Origin: Narcine bancroftii
Taxonomy: Eukaryota
DNA length: 64,000 nucleotides
Direction: 5' to 3'
NCBI RefSeq assembly: GCF_036971445.1
Contig: NC_091476.1
Span: 133,548,001-133,612,000, forward strand
The position numbers were made by a program, and so were the translations under genes. This document shows positions 50,031 through 62,709 of this stretch, in pieces (within the stretch, counting starts at the first letter, position 1; each line of letters starts with the position of its first letter). The notes beneath the pieces are model-generated. The model was not told the DNA's origin and ran no database searches. It was given only the letters and a program-made list of their open reading frames with translations.

Positions 50031-50098
50031 ATGTGAAAGAGAATGAAAAGAAGCAGATTAACTCTGAGGATTCAAAATTGAAAATTAGCAGTGTGGAA
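50031..50098 (+). CDS. TTC3: TTC3-like exon (VKENEKKQINSEDSKLKISSVE)
   Basis: atAG/GTGAGA; open only as phase 1/0. Confidence 0.5.
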
Positions 50099-50909
50099 GT
50101 GAGATAAATGAATTATGTTCTTAATTATCTTTTATTCATTTGAAACCTGTTTCCCTATTTACTATGACCAATTTATGACCAATCTCCTAACCATTTTTCT
50201 CCATGTCCCTTAATAAATTGGCTAATAATTCATCCATGTCAGAGGTTACATTGACAATAACCATGAGTGAAAAGAGTGTGATACTTCTTCCTTGAAAAGC
50301 ATAATTCTACCTACAAGAATTCCTTGAATCTGCTGATTTTTAAAAAAAACTTCATGCCATTTCATCCTCCCTAAGTACAGCTAATATTTGAACTGTGCAT
50401 AAGTTTGATGCCTTATTAAGAAAAGGATATCTTCCTGGCTTGGTAAAAATGATTTTTTTTATCCATCTGTCATGGCTATTTACTGAAAATAGTTCAGAAA
50501 CTATTGTTTCCCTTATTGCTTTGCACAGGATTTAACTGACTGGTGGATGGTAATTTTAATTGATACTGTTGTTTTCTGCAGAGCTTTGCTTTTCCTCTTC
50601 TCCACATTAATGTGGAGGAAAAAAATGGCATGTTCATTTGGAAAAAATAATGCAGTGTTTAGTGATTATAGCCCTTCAGGCCTGATAGCCATTTGATAGA
50701 GTATGGACAATGCTGTGCCTAATGGAATATTTTCTTGTCTGATCCATGTATTCTTTTTTTTTTCAGCACTAAGAAATCACCACATTACAACATTTTGGTG
50801 AAAAGTTGATCAATAATTTGAAATGCACATGTTAAATTAATGTCTGGGAAACCACATGGTTTGGTATTATTTACAAAATATGTATTGATTTTTTTTAACT
50901 TTGTATTAG

Positions 50910-50972
50910 AACATAAAGACTTGTGATGCAGCAGTACTTACTGATCCAATCAAACCTTTTGAAAGCAAAAAG
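50910..50972 (+). CDS. TTC3: TTC3-like exon (NIKTCDAAVLTDPIKPFESKK)
   Basis: Resembles the TTC3 'VNTEPYNPFE' segment preceding the coiled coil; phase 0/0. Confidence 0.8.
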
Positions 50973-52321
50973 GTAAAATTTGAAACTACAGATTTTTTTT
51001 TATTTCAGAATGTTTTGCATGTTAGCAACATGAAATTAAAAAAAAATTGGAATTGAGCCTCTGACATTGTTGGTCTGCAGCATTTAGGCTCTCGGGTTTA
51101 CTTTAATCAAAAAGCGTTAAGTGGAAGACGCTTTAAATCTAAAAAAAACTAGAAAATGGTGGCAGTGTTGTTTTATGTTGGTTCATCAACCTGAAACACT
51201 AACTTTGTTGCAATACACAAATGTGCTGAAAAATCTTAGCAGAATGGTCATTGTTTACTAAATTACAGTGTTGTGACCACTGAAAAGCTTGGTCACAGGA
51301 AATCTTGTGGGCAAATTGTCAATACTGTAGTTGGGTTAATTGTTGGGTTTTATCAGCAATCTACAAAAGTCTAGTGAAACTCAACAGATCCTGTCTGCAG
51401 CATGCATGTGAAGTAATAGGCTATCAACATTTTGGGCCTGAGCCCTTTGCTGAGAATGTGGAAAAACTGGTAGACACTTGAATAAAAATGTGTGGGGAGA
51501 GGAGGGAAGAAGGGGAAGGAGTGCAGGCTAACAGGTCAGAGGTAATTGGTGGGAGGATGGAAGAGAAAAAAGCAAAGACATTATAGGGGGAAAGACCAGA
51601 GGGCTAAGAAGGGTAGCTCTATAATAGGAGAAGGAAGGGAAAGGAGTGAATAACTAGAGGAAAGGAGAGAGGGATAGGGAAAGAGAGACCAGGGAGGGGG
51701 TTTAAGGAAATTGAAGTCACTGTTGGATGTGGAAGCTGGTGGAGAAGTAAGGACAATGTGAACCCTATACTTGTTGTGCATTGGTGTCTTTTCTTTGGGG
51801 GGGGGGGGGCATGTGTGGCAGGGAAGACAGAGAGAGAGAATCAGGGCAGATTCAGAGAATTTTCTGTTTTAGTGTCTTGAGATTTAATGTCTGAACCCTA
51901 TTCTCTATGCCATATTTTCCTCTAGGACGATATAGAGAAAAATAGGACAATGTGTTGTGTCTAAATGTAAAGGACTTTTTAAAAAAGATGACAGATATGT
52001 ATATTTTCTTGTATTCAACTGCTGAATGATTATAATCTTAGTGATCATATTATGAATAATTTAGAGATCCAGCATGGTAACCAGCCCGTCTGGCCCATGA
52101 ACCCATGCTGCCCAAATACACTCGTATAACTTATAAACCTACTAATCCCATATATCTTTGGACTATATAAGTAATATTTCTGGTGGCATGTTGACAGCTT
52201 AAATATGATGTGGTAAGAGAGTCTCTCTCTTCCCCTCTCCCCAGTTTGTCTAATTAACTATTTCACATCAATGGTTGTTCTAAAGGAAATCCAAATTATA
52301 TGTTTATTGTTTATTTTACAG

Positions 52322-52471
52322 AAAACGTTTATGATTCTATATCATGAGAAAACTCACCTTTTGAAGAGCTATGAGAAATCTCAAAATGTGCATGATCAAC
52401 TTTGTTCTGCTACCCAGAATGAAATCAAAACCTGCAAGGAAAAGCATGAGCAACTTTTGTTCAATGAGAAG
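52322..52471 (+). CDS. TTC3: TTC3-like coiled-coil exon (KTFMILYHEKTHLLKSYEK...LLFNEK)
   Basis: ttttacAG/GTAGCA, 150 nt, heptad-like; phase 0/0. Confidence 0.82.
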
Positions 52472-52645
52472 GTAGCACTACTCTTATTCCAAAAATCTAA
52501 AGTTTACTGTTTCAAGGATAAGCATGAGATATCCTGTTATTTAGTTGAAGCACATTAGATTCAAGATTATTTTACTGCCATGTAATAAAACCAAAAATGT
52601 GATATTACACAAAATTCCCTTTAGAATTCCCAGCAGAAATTCACC

Positions 52646-53013
52646 TCCAGCACCCTCACAGCGAAACAGACTTCAGTCCAAACCTTCAGCAACCCCCTGC
52701 TCCCGATGCAAGCCTCTGACATGATCAGGAAGCTTCCAACACCCTCACAGCGAAACAGATTTCAGTCCAAACCTTCAGCAACCCCCTGCTCCCGATGCAA
52801 GCCTCTGACATGATCAGGAAGCTTCCAGCACCCTCACAGCGAAACAGACTTCAGTCCAAACCTTCAGCAACCCCCTGCTCCCGATGCAAGCCTCTGACAT
52901 GATCAGGAAGCTTCCAGCACCCTCACAGCGAAACAGACTTCAGTCCAAACCTTCAGCAACCCCCTGTTCCCGATGCAAGCCTCTGACATGATCAGGAAGC
53001 TTCCAGCACCCTC
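52646..53013. repeat. 89-bp tandem repeat, about 4.1 copies
   Basis: Units start at 52646, 52735, 52824, 52913, 53002. Confidence 0.95.
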
Positions 53014-53176
53014 TTGAGCCCCAGTTCTGATACCCGGTACCCTTTTAGCCAGTCTTCTGCAGCCTCGAGTCACCAATAGCCCACCGCCTGTGTGTTTTGT
53101 CAGTGACAGAGCCCCTTGCTGGTCAGAATTGGATGCTTTGGCGCTATACATTTTGACGAAAAAATACTTTTGTAGC

Positions 53177-53393
53177 TGTAGAGCGTGTCAAAAGAACCAA
53201 AGAGTTGTTGATCCAAACCAAGGCTTTTATTAACTAAAAGACTGGAGCATATCACAAGTAGGTCGACCTGGTCTGTCTAGGAGCAATCCTTTAAGACCTG
53301 CCAGTTGGTGTGGCTACGCTCTCAGCCAATCACAGTCATCCTACACTACAATCTGTACATATACACATTGGTGATGGAATCTGTATTATCACA
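53177..53393 (-). mobile_element. Solo LTR (217 bp)
   Basis: TGT...ACA ends, exact 5-bp TSD GTAGC at 53172-76 and 53394-98, minus-strand AATAAA. Confidence 0.8.
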
Positions 53394-54870
53394 GTAGCCC
53401 TTTGGATATTTTGGAGCCCACAGTTTGATACTGGCCTATCTCCCCCACCCCACTCACTGTCTGCACTGCCTGAACACCTGGTGTTTCAGAAACTCCCTAC
53501 CTGCAGGAAACTGCTCCTCTGGTGGCATTGGCAGCAGCAGATGTAGCAGTAGTTGTTATTAATAATATATTGCAGGATACATATAATTATATGTATGTGC
53601 ATGCAAGTTTTGTTAATAATACCTATCTGTGCCCTATCACTTGTACTGAGGGTTGTGATTATAGACTGCTCTGTTTGGTTAATGGTGGGTTTTACTTTCG
53701 ATTCGTTTTTATTGAAATTTCTTGTCAAAGCGTGAGCGACATGCAGAGAAAACGGATACAGTGGTTATAGTCAGAGTGGTTGTAGTGAGTTGCACCAGAT
53801 GCGTGGAACAAAGAATCTTGAAGATGGTATGTGGAGAGAGAGAACCATAGATTAATTTTTTAATAAACAATATGTAATAATTTTTATGACAACTGGGTTT
53901 CTTTTAATGAGTATTTTAAATTATTAAATAATTTTAGATTCAATTAATTATATATTCCATTATATGTAATTAGACTTACAATAAATATAATAAATGTTAC
54001 AATTTACCAAAAGCCCTTGTTTTTGATTGTTCCCCGACTTTTTAATAATAAGCTACGAAAAGCCATTGTTGGGGGTGGGGGGGTGTCTGCAATGCAGGGG
54101 GTTCAGGCAGAGTGGCAGGATGGAGTTGGCCAGCAGACGGCCAAAATGTCCTGCACCAAACTGTGGCCACCAAATTGTGGGCACCAAGCTGTGATGGTCA
54201 AAATGTATGCCGTCAAAATGTCCTAGACTCCTCGCTGGTCTGCCACCATAGTCACCATCCTCTAGGGTCATCTCTGCTTCTCTTTCTCAAACAAGGAATG
54301 GTCTCCCCTGTTTTCTGGTGTCCTGTGCCAGACCTCTGCTTCTGCGAACTCCTCATGGTTACTGAAAATCATAGGTGTTGCCATCTTGGGCCAGACTCTG
54401 CAGTCACAATATTTTAAAGTAAACTACTGTCGTCTCCATTAACAGGCCGTTTAAAGCCTGTACAGAACCAGCACCCTGCGGGGGAGCGTTGTGCTCCTCT
54501 GCTCTCTGCGAGTCTGCACTATATTGTATCAACATCATTTTGCTCAGATTCTGGAATGTTGGCTTACTTTCAAGTTATACTCTTACCTTGATCCTCATGA
54601 GCTCTGGTGATTTGGGGCTGGAGTTTTCTATTTGTGGTTTTGTTTGTATCCAAAGTAATTGTAGAACTTGAGACAGACTTCAATGATATGCAAGATTCCA
54701 TTAATAAAGAAACAATTTTTAAGTTAATATCAAAGTTATGGAGGATAAATTTTTGACATTGTTGTAAAATGAAAATAATTACTGAACATAGAATTAGGTC
54801 CGCTGCCGCCTCGGTCCTCCTCTTCTGCTGCCTTTAATTTCTCCGTCATTTCTAACCTTCTCTGTCATAG

Positions 54871-55010
54871 AAACTGAAAAATGATGTCATAGCAGTAAAG
54901 GCACAGCTCAGGTCCATAAAAGAGAAACTGCATGATAAAAGAGAATATCAATCGCAAGAATTTGGTGCACTACAGGAAGAACTTAAATCAATGAAGAATA
55001 ACTTAGAAAG
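54871..55010 (+). CDS. TTC3: TTC3-like coiled-coil exon (KLKNDVIAVKAQLRSIKEKL...MKNNLE)
   Basis: catAG/GTATGA; phase 0/2. Confidence 0.82.
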
Positions 55011-55208
55011 GTATGATAACAATGTTTCCTCCAAATTATAAAGTTTGGTAGTAAATGCTACCTTTGTTAACAATTTGTATCTCTGGAGATACAACAATTT
55101 TCAACAATTGTTTAAAAAGTCTGGTATCAATTGTTTTTTGAGATGATGTTCAATGTATAAATTATTTGTTTGGGTATTCTTGGTTTAATTGGGCCTTGAA
55201 ATGCATTA

Positions 55209-56743
55209 CAGGTACACAATCCTTTATTAGGAACCCTTGGGGTACAGTGTGTCCAGAATTTCAGATTTTTCTGGATTTCGGAAGGCCAGATTTAAACCCA
55301 CCTGAATTGTGCTGTCGTATCCAACCCCGTCCCCTTCCAGTTGCGCTGCCATGTCCCCTCCCCCTCCCCCTCACCCGCCCGACTCACGCTGCCAGTCTCC
55401 CGCCCGACTCATGCTGCCCCCGTCTCTCCTCCTTGTCCGCCCGACTCGCGCTGTCAGTCTCTCTCCACACTTGTCGCTCTCTCCCCCCACTTGTCGCTCT
55501 CTCCCCCCACTTGCCGCTCTCTCCCCCCACTTGCCGCTCTCTCCCCCCACTTGCCGCTCTCTCTCCCCACTTGCCGCTCTCTCTCCCCACTTGCCGCTCT
55601 CTCTCCCCACTTGCCGCTCTCTCTCCCCACTTGCCGCTCTCTCTCCCCACTTGCCGCTCTCTCTCCCCACTTGCCGCTCTCTCTCCCCACTTGCCGCTCT
55701 CTCTCCCCACTTGCCGCTCTCTCTCCCCACTTGCCGCTCTCTCTCCCCACTTGCCGCTCTCTCTCCCCACTTGCCGCTCTCTCTCCCCACTTGCCGCTCT
55801 CTCTCCCCACTTGCCGCTCTCTCTCCCCACTTGCCGCTCTCTCTCCCCACTTGCCGCTCTCTCTCCCCACTTGCCGCTCTCTCTCCCCACTTGCCGCTCT
55901 CTCTCCCCACTTGCCGCTCTCTCTCCCCACTTGCCGCTCTCTCTCCCCACTTGCCGCTCTCTCCCCCCACTTGCCGCTCTCTCCCCCCACTTGCCGCTCT
56001 CTCCCCCCACTTGCCGCTCTCTCCCCCCACTTGCCGCTCTCTCCCCCCACTTGCCGCTCTCTCCCCCCACTTGCCGCTCTCTCCCCCCACTTGCCGCTCT
56101 CTCCCCCCACTTGCCGCTCTCTCCCCCCACTTGCCGCTCTCTCTCCCCACTTGCCGCTCTCTCTCCCCACTTGCCGCTCTCTCTCCCCACTTGCCGCTCT
56201 CTCTCCCCACTTGCCGCTCTCTCTCCCCACTTGCCGCTCTCTCTCCCCACTTGCCGCTCTCTCTCCCCACTTGCCGCTCTCTCTCTCCCCACTTTCCGCT
56301 CTCTCTCCCCACTTGCCTCTCTCTCTCTCCCCACTTGCCGCTCTCTCTCTCCCCACTTGCCGCTCTCTCTCTCCCCACTTGCCGCTCTCTCTCTCCCCAC
56401 TTGCCGCTCTCTCTCTCCCCACTTGCCGCTCTCTCTCCCCACTTGCCGCTCTCTCTCCCCACTTGCCGCTCTCTCTCCCCACTTGCCGCTCTCTCTCCCC
56501 ACTTGCCGCTCTCTCTCCCCACTTGCCGCTCTCTCTCCCCACTTGCCGCTCTCTCCCCCCACTTGCCGCTCTCTCCCCCCACTTGCCGCTCTCTCCCCCC
56601 ACTTGCCGCTCTCTCCCCCCACTTGCCGCTCTCTCCCCCCACTTGCCGCTCTCTCCCCCCACTTGCCGCTCTCTCCCCCCACTTGCCGCTCTCTCCCCCC
56701 ACTTGCCGAATTTTAAATGTTCGGATAAAGGATTGTGTACCTG
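55209..56743. mobile_element. Tc1/mariner-type MITE with perfect 19-bp TIRs
   Basis: TA|CAGGTACACAATCCTTTAT ... ATAAAGGATTGTGTACCTG|TA. Confidence 0.88.
55460..56708. repeat. 20-bp minisatellite (CCCCACTTGCCGCTCTCTCY)n, about 62 copies
   Basis: Seen directly; blocks of C/T variants and a few 22-bp units. Confidence 0.97.
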
Positions 56744-56797
56744 TACCTCACATTTTTTGGATTAAACTCAATGTCACCAACTCAACAATAACACATA

Positions 56798-56925
56798 GGG
56801 CGGTATGATTGGTGTAGTGGTTAATACAATATCTTTACAGCACCAACGATTGACCGGACTGGGGTTCAAATCCCATGCAATCTGTAAGGAGTTTGTACGT
56901 TCTACCCATGTTATGTAAGGGTTCA
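56798..56925 (+). mobile_element. tRNA-derived SINE 5' part
   Basis: A-box TGGTGTAGTGG and B-box GGTTCAAATCC followed by SINE core GGAGTTTGTACGTTCT. Confidence 0.75.
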
Positions 56926-57652
56926 GAGAACTGTGTGATACTCAGTTTTAACAAGTACAAATCAGTGCAAACCACAGAATGCCAGAACAGTTTCAATCTG
57001 TGTATATAACATCTAGTGTTCCTGCACCAAATCCTGCTGTACACCTCTGATCAAAGGCTTCCCCGTAAAAATAATCTTCAACTATTGCTCTCAGTCTCCC
57101 TTTTGGAAATCAATTTCATATTGCCAAAACGTCTTGGATTCTGAAATTTTGGACCAATTACCCATGTGGGAAAATGGAAACAAAAGCTAGAGATGCTGAA
57201 ATCTTTTTTTGCAAGTTGTATTCATCACTTGTATCAATACCAAATAATTATTCAATTATATATAGATAATACAATATTATTCAATACAAGATGAAATCTT
57301 GGCCAAACAATGAGAAACTAGAAGAACTAGCGAGTCAGGCACCATCTATGGTAGATAAGGTCAGTTAACATATTGGGTTGAAATCTTTTATCAGGATTCA
57401 TAAAGTCCTTGATTTAGCCGTGATTAAAGGTCCTGGCATGAAATGTCCCCTGACCTGAAGTACAGGAGACACTTTCTGTGGCCGTATTGACAATAAAGAG
57501 CAGTGAGGAATTGTCATACACTGCAAACATTGGAAATGAGCTTCTTATATTTTCAATTTAAAAGAGCCCCTTTATTTAAAATTATAAAAAGCAATGTGAA
57601 AAACTGAGGATGTGAGCAGTATTTCAAAAATGTGTGTATATTTTCTTTTCAG

Positions 57653-57709
57653 GAACAAGAAAACTCTACATGAAATTGATGCAGAAATTCAGACAATAAC
57701 AGAAAGAAG
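57653..57709 (+). CDS. TTC3: TTC3-like exon (NKKTLHEIDAEIQTITER)
   Basis: ttttcAG/GTATTC; phase 2/2. Confidence 0.78.
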
Positions 57710-57869
57710 GTATTCTTGCTGCAGCATAATAGTTTTAAGTTTATAATCTTGAAAAGTGATATAAAATGTTTAAATATTAAGACAACTTGAACAATGTTAT
57801 GAACTGTAATTAACCTGCTCTGGTCAGCCTTTCTATGATTTACCTCATTAAAGTAATTCTTGGTTTCAG

Positions 57870-57966
57870 AGAAAAACAGGCTAATGACGAGGAGAAATTG
57901 CAGAAATTGCGTGACACTACAAAAGAAAATTGCAAAGATTCAGCAATCAGACTCTTATCTGTTCAG
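57870..57966 (+). CDS. TTC3: TTC3-like exon (EKQANDEEKLQKLRDTTKENCKDSAIRLLSVQ); gene continues beyond the window
   Basis: ttcAG/GTATTT; phase 2/0; resembles TTC3 '..EESHQRAVAAEV'. Confidence 0.82.
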
Positions 57967-58540
57967 GTATTTATTTTTGGAAAGATTGCATTCGTCACAT
58001 TAAGCACATGTGCAGAACTTGCAAAAAAAAAATGAATGTTTCAGTTATGCTCTGTTCTGTTTGTTACATTGACAATGCAGATTAGTTCATCTATTGAAGT
58101 TTGAAACAGATAATTTATTGATTGTGAATTGTACTTAAATTTATTTTCAAATATTAAAATTTGAATAGTTGATCTTTGAAATGCTGAGCAATTTCTTGTG
58201 GAATGTCATAATTGCTTGTTCAATAAATTATCTTTGATAATAGCTTTATTAGAAAGAAATGTTCCTTAATCTTTCTGCCTTAAGTCCAAGATAATTTACA
58301 GGTGTTCCTAGGCTGCCTCCAATGCTATTCTAAGTACAGTAAAACCCCTGGTATCCAGCACCCATGGGGATTAATAAATGCCAGATGAGTGGATTTTTCC
58401 CATTGTTTAAGATTATGTGTGGCGTAATCGGCAAACTAACGACAAATTTAAACTTGCGTATTTTTATCTACCGTATATTTCGGCGTATAAATTGAGTCAT
58501 GAAACCCTAAGAAAAAATTCTCAGTGGGGCTCAACTTCTA

Positions 58541-60400
58541 TGTGGCTTCACTTTTGAGACCTTAGGTTCATTGAAGTGATGTTAATTCAGCATACAAGTC
58601 GATGCTGCAAGTACCTCCCCGCTGCCGCTCCCCTACAACTCCCCACCACTGGGAGCCACTATAACCTGCTCCTGAAAACTCATGAACACAAAATAACGAC
58701 ACACGTAGCTGCAGGTAAATCAGAGCATGTTTACTTGAGTCACGTGCGTATCTTTTGAAATACTGAACCATGCACTCCATGTCATGACATTTTGACGTTC
58801 CGTGTCTGTTCACTAGACTTCTGGGAATGTGGTCTATCTATAGCCCTGCTACATGTCCCCCACTCCAAAACTGGCACTATCACCTGGTAGTTTTTTGGGA
58901 GGTCAACCCCGGCATTGGACTGCTGTGGCTGTTGAATAGGGGCTGTTTTGTCAACGTGGGCAGATTTGAGTCTGTCAACTGTGAATGACAGAGACTGCCC
59001 TGCAATGTCCAAGAAGCAGGTTGACTTTGTTCGTTTTATCACCCTATATGGTCCCTTGTAAGGCATCTGCAATGGCTGTTCACGTGTTCCTCTACGTACG
59101 AACACATATTCACAGTCCTTCAGTTCGTGTGGTACAAAAGAAACATGTTTGCCATGTGATGATGGTGTTGGTACAGGGATAATTTGCCTATGGTATCCCT
59201 TAGTCTGCTCAGCAGCTCTTTAGGATCTTCATCTTTACTGGATCCATGTGGTCTTTAGTTTTGCCAGTGTACTAGATAAATGAAGACGTTGACCATGCCA
59301 CACCCTACTGCATCCATAACTCGCTGAGTGGTCTGAGTTGCATTTATTTTAAAACCCAAAAGACATAGGTAAAAATGAGAACAATCTGAAAGATTGCCAG
59401 TTTGCTCTCCATTCTCTGGTGTGCTTTTGGACTAAATGTAATGGAGGTGCCCGTGGGCTGATGGACCTGCGAATTATCCCCTCCTCTTCCATTTTGTGGA
59501 ATTCTTGTTTAGCTAATTGCAGTTTCTCTGGAGGCAAACGATGTGCCATAGCATGAATGGGAGGATCCCTGGTAGAAATGTGGTGAGTTACTCCATGTTT
59601 CGCGATGGGAATCGAAAACTGCAGAGTTGTAATTTTGGGAAACTCTTCTACAAGTCTATAGAACTTATCAACAGTCTTAAGCAGGGCTTGAAGGCACAGC
59701 ACAGGAACATGCAATTCTGCCTGGTGAATAGCTTGCAAGGTGGTACTATCCACCAACCAAACTCCTTTTAAATCTACCATGAGCAAATGAGCTCAAAGGA
59801 AATTGGCCCCGAGTAGCTGTCATAACACTGCAGCTATAATAAAAAGCCATATGTGAATTTTCTCCTTGAACTGAACATTCATTTTTGGTGCCATATGTGG
59901 GTATGTTACAACTATTGACTGCTGAGAGTTGGAGGTTAGGGGTTGGATAACATGTATCGAAACTGGTTGGTGGAGAAACACTAACCTCCAATCCTGTATC
60001 CACCAAATATTTATGTTGGGATAAGCTGTTCCCAAGGTTCGTAGATTTTCGGCCAACCATTACAGCCATTAATGACGGTTGGCCAGGGCGTTTCCCGAGA
60101 ATGCACAGAGTGGCAGGCATCTATTTGCATTGAATCCCCAATGCCTAGGGCAAAAACACCAAATAGAAGTGTGGACAGGCTGCCTGATTTGAGATGTTGC
60201 CTCCTTATAGGAGCTGGTGTATTAAAAGCATTGACTTGGGAAGTAATGTCAACAACAATGGAGGTGCTGGGTGCAGACTGCTGTGACGTAGTGACATTGT
60301 CCACAACATATTTCATCATGTCGCTTCTGTTAAAATCTGGAATTGATCCATCATTAATGAGGAAAGAGCCTGTATAGTTGAGCTTTGACCTCCAAAGAAC
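58541..60400 (-). mobile_element. Second decayed Gypsy element (different subfamily)
   Basis: LTR 58541-58853 (TGTGGC..GCTACA), PPT GGAGTGGGGGACA, integrase tail PYKGPYRVI, RT start 'RLPPEKLQLAKQEF..MEEEGIIRRS', protease YLVDTG; large internal deletion. Confidence 0.88.
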
Positions 60401-61029
60401 CCCCTACAGCAGACCGTTGACCCCCTTCAGGAACTATGTGGTCTCTCATTGACCACCAGGCATAAAATCCTGGCACTCGATGGGGGTAGTGGGGGTGGGG
60501 GGGCAGGGTGAAGGGTTGGACTGTGGGGGGAGCTGCACCGGGGTTGGGGGGGGAAGGGGCTGGATCGGGTGGCCAGATATTTGGTTTTAGGCTGGAAGTC
60601 TGGTTTTTGAGCTCTCAGTCCTCCATCTAGTACCACCTTGAACTGGATGTTAATTTGCCTTCCATTTGGAGGTGTAGGCCCTACACCCCCAAATGGAGGA
60701 CAAATTAAGGGGCAGAAAAGGCACTTACCTGTTTAATGCTGTGTCCCAGGGTCCGTAGGCTGCGTATGGCTGGCTGGCTGGCTGGCTGGCTGGCATCTGC
60801 ACAGTGAGGGGGAAATGTGACGACGAGGCTTGAAGTGCTGGCTGGCACATGCACGATGAGGGGGAAGCGTGATGGCGGTACACAAAGGTTCATGGCAGGT
60901 AAACCTCCCCCCACCCCTGTGATGGATGGGTGTCAGGAGGGGCAGTGTGGAGGTGCTATTTTAAATTGACTCTCCCTGGTGTTATTGACTCCCTGAATGG
61001 TCGCATCAACCCCTGGGGATATCAACCAC

Positions 61030-61635
61030 TTTGGAGACCCCTACCCTAAAGCCTTCTCTTCTTCATTGTTCATCCTCTTCACCTTTATCTGTTTCTTCTT
61101 GGTCTCCTTTTCCTCTTGATCACTACCTGTCAAAAAACAGATGTTTCTGGCAGCAGTTTTGTCCCTGGATGCAGTTCGTTGATTCTGACAGCACTACTAG
61201 TAGTGGCACTGTTGAGTCTCCATTCAGGAGCATATTCTTCCATTTTACACATGCGCTGGAGTAAGCCTTCGTGCATGTGCACTTTACTCTGGTACTCTTC
61301 AGGAGAGATTTGCACAGCTTCAGTGCCATCTTCTCCAGTTCTTTGGAGGGGTGTCACCATTGGCATTAAGTAAGCCGCCATCACTTGCGTCGTCCAGGCC
61401 CCAACATTAAGGGTGGCTGCATTTTCACCATTTACTTTGGGTCTTTACTTATATTTTTCTTGTTTTTTGCTATCTTCTTTCTGTTAAAAGCCATGCTCAG
61501 AACGATGCAAGTTTCAGAGGCCTTTGGTAGTCTTTGATTTTTAAAAAAAAGTTTTTATATTCAGGTTTTAACTTTATCTCCATAGAAGAGTTGTAGTTCC
61601 ACCTCCTTCCCTTACACCATTACGTTCCGCTCCCA
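61030..61635 (-). mobile_element. Possible L1-clade 5' UTR / ORF1 start fragment
   Basis: Minus strand begins GGAGCGGAACGTAATGG.. followed by Lys-rich 'MAFNRKKIAKNKK'; weak support. Confidence 0.35.
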
Positions 61636-61988
61636 TTTTGCCTAAATTCATCCATATTTTCCAAGCTGTACCGGTTATTGTTCCCAAATCCTTTTGTGAT
61701 TAATTAAATTGTCTAATTTTTTCTTTTATTTGGAAAAATGAGTGGTCCATCACAAAAAATTTTTTCCTTCAAAATATTTTTAAAAATGGAGGTTTGGCAT
61801 TGCTTAATTTTAGCATTTGGACTTAACTAAATTGAAACCAAACTCTTAAAGTGTGTCCGACAACCAAATTGTCAGTTAACTTGGAAGTCAAAAAAAAGGC
61901 AAGGGTACTCCCAAGCATTGAAAGATTTAATCTCTTGGTCAATCCCATCTTGAAGCACCTTGGTATGATGAATCCAAATAATAATATA

Positions 61989-62709
61989 CAGTACAAGTTG
62001 GATTACTATTTTTAAGATCTATGTGGATAAACAGTTTTTTCGGAGAACTGATCAATTTAAAAAAAAAACAGCCCAGTAGTGACAGCAGATCAATTGTATC
62101 AATATTTAAACAACAACAAACAACAAAGGAGGCTTTTTGAGCATTAAAATAATGTTTCATTCTTACCAAAAAAGTGCTGGCCGCCACGGATTCCCTGAAT
62201 CGACCCAACCACTGTTGCCGATCACTGAGATTTTCCAGGCTTTCCAGGCTGTGGAACACTCCCTCGTGAGACGGCAGGCTCCTATCTTCCCGGTCACCAA
62301 TTCCGAATCCTCTCCTAAGCCTACCACACGTGCACACTGGGGAGAGGAGGGAGGGAGGGAGGGAAGGGAACATCACTGAGCCTGAGGTCCTGCTCCTGCC
62401 TAGGAAGCTGCTCTCCTTGATGATGCTAGGAGATGGGATTCTTCCAACCACTTGTGGCTGGGAGACAGTGGCATGCAGTTGTTGGAGAGAAAAGTCAATA
62501 GGGGAAGGTAAGGAAGAGAGGGGCGGGAGTTACCTGAAACAAGGACATTTGTGGTTCTAATTTCATGTCAAGTGAATTTTTTTTCCAGCAGGTGAGGTCA
62601 ATTCAATTCCGAATAAATGAAGATATCTGCTTTGTTTCACATATCCTCATTTATCCAAAATTTTTAACCAACTTTGAGAATCTGATTTCGGAGAATCAGA
62701 GTTGTACTG
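61989..62709. mobile_element. Tc1/mariner-pogo-like MITE copy
   Basis: TA|CAGTACAAG...GAGTTGTACTG|TA. Confidence 0.72.

Noticed and set aside
50767-50797. Possible exon after a strong poly-T/CAG acceptor
   Set aside because: Weak donor, incompatible phase, no homology
52646-53013. CRISPR-like array (also 20225-20503)
   Set aside because: Contiguous tandem units with no unique spacers; eukaryotic intron; no cas genes
55166-56808. Six long ORFs (400-516 aa) on both strands
   Set aside because: Artefact of the stop-free 20-bp minisatellite; no splice or homology support
56798-56885. tRNA gene
   Set aside because: A/B boxes are present but it continues into a SINE core and does not form a canonical cloverleaf
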